From the NCBI GenBank assembly GCA_022828085.1, contig JAJEIY010000036.1, forward strand, positions 151,783 through 215,782: a stretch of DNA of 64,000 nucleotides, in the 5' to 3' direction. The translations under genes and the position numbers were made by a program. Positions within the stretch are counted from its first letter, which is position 1, and every line of letters starts with the position of its first letter. The DNA comes from Acidobacteriota bacterium. GTDB taxonomy: Bacteria; Acidobacteriota; Vicinamibacteria; Marinacidobacterales; Marinacidobacteraceae. This document shows positions 61,395 to 64,000 of this stretch, piece after piece. The notes under the pieces are model-generated. The model ran no database searches. It was not told the origin of the DNA and was given only the letters and a program-made list of their open reading frames with translations.

Positions 61395-61945
61395 GTCCCG
61401 AGTTCCGGGTGGCGCTCTGGTTCGAGCGGTCGTTCGTCCGAGAGCACCGCATGGCGGGCGGCCTCGCCGGAGTAGCCCCGCGCGACCAGCCGCCGGAACA
61501 GGCGCGCGGCCTCCTTCCGCCGCTCCGCCGGCGATGTCGAACCATCCCGCCCGCCATCGCGGGAAACGGCCGGGGCCGGTTGCAGCCGCCGGAGCGCGAT
61601 CACGGCGCGCTCATCCTCCGCGCCTTCGGGGAACTCCGCCCGGATGGCTTCGAGCGCCAGCGCGTCGGGAATCCGCCGCCGCCTCAGGTGCGCCCGGACC
61701 TTGAGCGGGCCCTGGTGTCTGGTACGAGCCTGGGTCCGGGCGACCGCCTCGGCCAGCGAGCGGTCATCGAGATAGCGGCGTTCGCGCAGCCGGGAGATGG
61801 TCTCCTCGACCTCGGGTTCGCCGAACTCGCGCGCCAGGAGCTTCATCCGGACCTCTCCCTCGCTGAGATCCCGCCGCGCCAGCAGACCGATGGCGGCGCC
61901 CCACGCCGTGGCTCGACGGGGGGAGGAGTGCGCGGCTCGGGACAT
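61391..61945 (-). CDS. recX: regulatory protein RecX
   Basis: Three-helix-repeat RecX fold upstream of alaS, in the conserved recX-alaS arrangement. Start ATG at 61945 (MSRAAHSS...). Confidence 0.75.
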
Positions 61946-62061
61946 GGGCGGGAGAGTAACGCGGGGCTTTTCCACAGAGCGCGGGCAAACGTCGCGAGGC
62001 TACGCCAGACCGGCGCTCCCGTTGTCGGAGCGGCCGTCAGGGTGCATGGCGAAGCGTCGTG

Positions 62062-62110
62062 CGAGGGCCCGCGGCCGGCGCGTGCCGGCCTGGAGACCGG
62101 CGTTTCCGGG
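62062..62110 (-). repeat. intergenic double-hairpin repeat, copy E
   Basis: GGGCCCGCGGCCGGCGCGTGCCGGCCTGGAGACCGGCGTTTCC; compare copy C, GCGTGCCGGCCTGGAGGCCGGCGTTCCC. Confidence 0.55.
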
Positions 62111-62129
62111 GAGTCTGCGGCTGAGACTC

Positions 62130-63059
62130 CTAAGCGCCGCAGTGTGCGCAGTGCGTTGCGTCCGGATGACGCCGCCGGCCACAGTTCCAGCAGGTGCGCG
62201 GAGGCCGCTCCGCCTCCCGGATTCGATCCATGACCGCCCTTCGTTCTTCGGGCGGAGGGCCGAACGAGGCCAGCTCGCGAAGGTCGCTGAGCATGCTCTC
62301 GGCGTTGGGGTAGCGGTTCGAGACCCGCGGCGCGAGCGCCTTCGCGACCACCGCGTCGAGATCCGTCGAGACCGACGGGACCTGCCGCCGGGGATGCTCG
62401 TTGCCGCCCGCCTCGACGAGCGCCCGCTGCCGCTCCGGATCGGAATCCTGATAGGGAAGGCTGCCCGTGAGCATCTGGTAGAGCACCACGCCGACCCCAT
62501 ACACGTCGGAGGCAAAGACCGCCTCCGCGTGGAACTGCTCGGGCGCCAGGTAGTAGGGATTGCCGATCCAGCGCGCCCCGTGTTCGGCGACGTGGACTGT
62601 CCGGGCCATCCCGAAGTCCGTGATCTTGGCGACGTCCCCCGAGAGCAGGATGTTGTCGGCGCTGATGTCGCCGTGGAGCAGCTTGCGATCGTGGGCATGG
62701 GCGAGGCCGCTCAGCACCTGACGGGCGATTCGCGCGGAGGCGGCCGCCGAGAGCGGAGCTTCGCCGTCCAGACGCCGCGCCAGTGACGTCCCCTTCACCC
62801 ATTCCATGACCAGGAACAGCGTCTCCTCGTGCTCGTCGCAGGCGATCAGGCGCACGATGTTCGGATGTTCGAGCGTGGCCAGCAGGCGCGATTCCCGGAG
62901 GATCGCTTCCCTTCCGGCAGGGGATTGGTCGTGGGGAACCTTGATGGCCCGGGGCTGTTCCAGGAACATGTCCCGGACCAGATAGACGGCCCCGAAGGTC
63001 CCCCGGCCGATGCTCTTCTGGATCTCGTAGTTCCCGATCCGCTGTCCGAGCAGAAACAT
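62130..63059 (-). CDS. serine/threonine protein kinase with C-terminal zinc-ribbon
   Basis: 309 aa; Hanks motifs GRGTFGAV, AIK, HGDISADNILL, DFG, APE; C-terminus CWNCGRRRHPDATHCAHCG. Confidence 0.85.
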   Translation of the reverse strand: MFLLGQRIGNYEIQKSIGRGTFGAVYLVRDMFLEQPRAIKVPHDQSPAGREAILRESRLLATLEHPNIVRLIACDEHEETLFLVMEWVKGTSLARRLDGEAPLSAAASARIARQVLSGLAHAHDRKLLHGDISADNILLSGDVAKITDFGMARTVHVAEHGARWIGNPYYLAPEQFHAEAVFASDVYGVGVVLYQMLTGSLPYQDSDPERQRALVEAGGNEHPRRQVPSVSTDLDAVVAKALAPRVSNRYPNAESMLSDLRELASFGPPPEERRAVMDRIREAERPPRTCWNCGRRRHPDATHCAHCGA

Positions 63060-63070
63060 CGGTTTCGATG

Positions 63071-63790
63071 CTACCCCGCCGGCCGGAGCAGAAGGGCGGC
63101 CGCCACCACCGCGGCGGTGCCGGTGCGCAGGATCCGTTCACCGAGGTCGAGACGGCGGAATCCGTGGCGATGGGCGTCCTCGAGTTCCCTGGCGGAGAAC
63201 CCGCCTTCGGGCCCCACGGCAAGGACGCGTCCGGTGACCGGCTGGGGACCGGGAGCGCCGGGACGGACCGTCTGCGCTGTCCGCGGTGAGGCGATCCAGC
63301 GATCGGTGGCCAGCTCCCCGCGGGTCCAGACCTCGAACGGGACCGGCGCGGCCACCGTGGGCACGGTGGCGCGTCCCGACTGACGCGTCCCGGACAGCGC
63401 TGCCGCGCGCCACCGGGTGAGGCGGACGGCGGTCGCGCGTCCCTCCGAACGCTCGCTGGTCAGCGGCACGATCGTGTCGGCGCCGATCTCGGCGAGCTGG
63501 CGAACGATGGCGGTCAGGCCGTCTCCCTTGGGGATGGCCACGCCGACCGCGAGGCGAATCCCGGGTTCCCGCCCGGGGAGGGCCATGCCGCGCTCCACCA
63601 GGGAGTGCGCGTCGCCGTCCACCCCTACGACGCGGGCCGAAAACGCGTTGCCGGCGCCGTCGAAAACCTCGATCTCCGCACCCGGACCAAGACGCAGCAC
63701 CCGTAGCAGACGGTGCGTTTCCGCCGCGTCAAGGCGCAGGTTGCGGCGACGCGCCGCCTGTGGCGCGAAGAACCGGCGAGCGGCGCCCAT
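63071..63790 (-). CDS. rsmE: 16S rRNA (uracil1498-N3)-methyltransferase
   Basis: 239 aa; PUA-like N-terminus and SPOUT C-terminus (GPEGGFS). Confidence 0.85.
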   Translation of the reverse strand: MGAARRFFAPQAARRRNLRLDAAETHRLLRVLRLGPGAEIEVFDGAGNAFSARVVGVDGDAHSLVERGMALPGREPGIRLAVGVAIPKGDGLTAIVRQLAEIGADTIVPLTSERSEGRATAVRLTRWRAAALSGTRQSGRATVPTVAAPVPFEVWTRGELATDRWIASPRTAQTVRPGAPGPQPVTGRVLAVGPEGGFSARELEDAHRHGFRRLDLGERILRTGTAAVVAAALLLRPAG

Positions 63791-63792
63791 CG

Positions 63793-64000
63793 TCAGCCAG
63801 CGGAAACTTCCGCCCGATCCCGGCCCCCGAGCGGCGCCCGGCGCTCCAGGGCGGCGGCCGCCCAGGTGTCGGTTTCAGGCGACTCGGGAAGCTCCAGCCG
63901 GATTTCCACGGTCCGGAGCTCTTCTCGGGGAAACGCGCCAAGGACGCGGGGCGCCTCCCGGTGGAGAAAGCCGGAGACGAGGATCCGTCCCCCCGGCCGT
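63793..64000 (-). CDS. prmA: ribosomal protein L11 methyltransferase, C-terminal fragment (runs off the right edge)
   Basis: My own translation ...RPGGRILVSGFLHREAPRVLGAFPREELRTVEI... resembles the PrmA C-terminus (LKPGG.L.LSGIL...). Position upstream of rsmE is conserved. Confidence 0.55.
   Translation of the reverse strand, partial: RPGGRILVSGFLHREAPRVLGAFPREELRTVEIRLELPESPETDTWAAAALERRAPLGGRDRAEVSAG

Overview
Very GC-rich (by eye about 70% G+C) bacterial chromosomal segment. Lineage is not determinable from sequence alone; the many lipoprotein-type signal peptides plus mreBCD-mrdA-rodA suggest a Gram-negative such as Gemmatimonadota or a deltaproteobacterium, but that is inference. Because of the GC content every antisense frame is open, so the six-frame track is full of long spurious ORFs (R/G/P/H/D-rich translations). 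I selected the frame showing recognisable family motifs, hydrophobic transmembrane character, or signal peptides. The window is mostly core chromosome: fumC, etfBA, mreB-mreC-mreD-mrdA-rodA, rng, htrA, tRNA-Val, thrS-infC-rpmI-rplT, zapA, thiL, gatCA, alaS-recX, rsmE-prmA, tsaE-nnr, and molybdenum-cofactor genes moeA-moaC. Accessory content is interleaved. The most notable items are: (1) a TPR-protein-associated TRAP transporter (tatT-dctP-fused dctQM) followed in the same operon by an orphan HlyD/EmrA-type membrane-fusion protein; (2) at least five copies of a ~50-60 nt intergenic double-hairpin repeat with compensatory stem changes, all lying at 3' ends of genes; (3) a GspE/PilB-family secretion ATPase with no in-frame stop for ~1.3 kb, reading antisense through a Na/Pi cotransporter gene; (4) a LarE-family PP-loop ATPase plus an MBL-fold/zinc-ribbon protein inside the moeA-moaC operon; (5) a VapBC toxin-antitoxin pair and an orphan ribbon-helix-helix protein; (6) tandem paralogous outer-membrane beta-barrel genes; (7) agmatine deiminase and N-carbamoylputrescine amidase flanking nhaC; (8) infC with a non-AUG (AUC) start; and (9) a Ser/Thr kinase with a zinc-ribbon tail upstream of recX. 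Many adjacent genes overlap by ATGA/GTGA, indicating translationally coupled operons.
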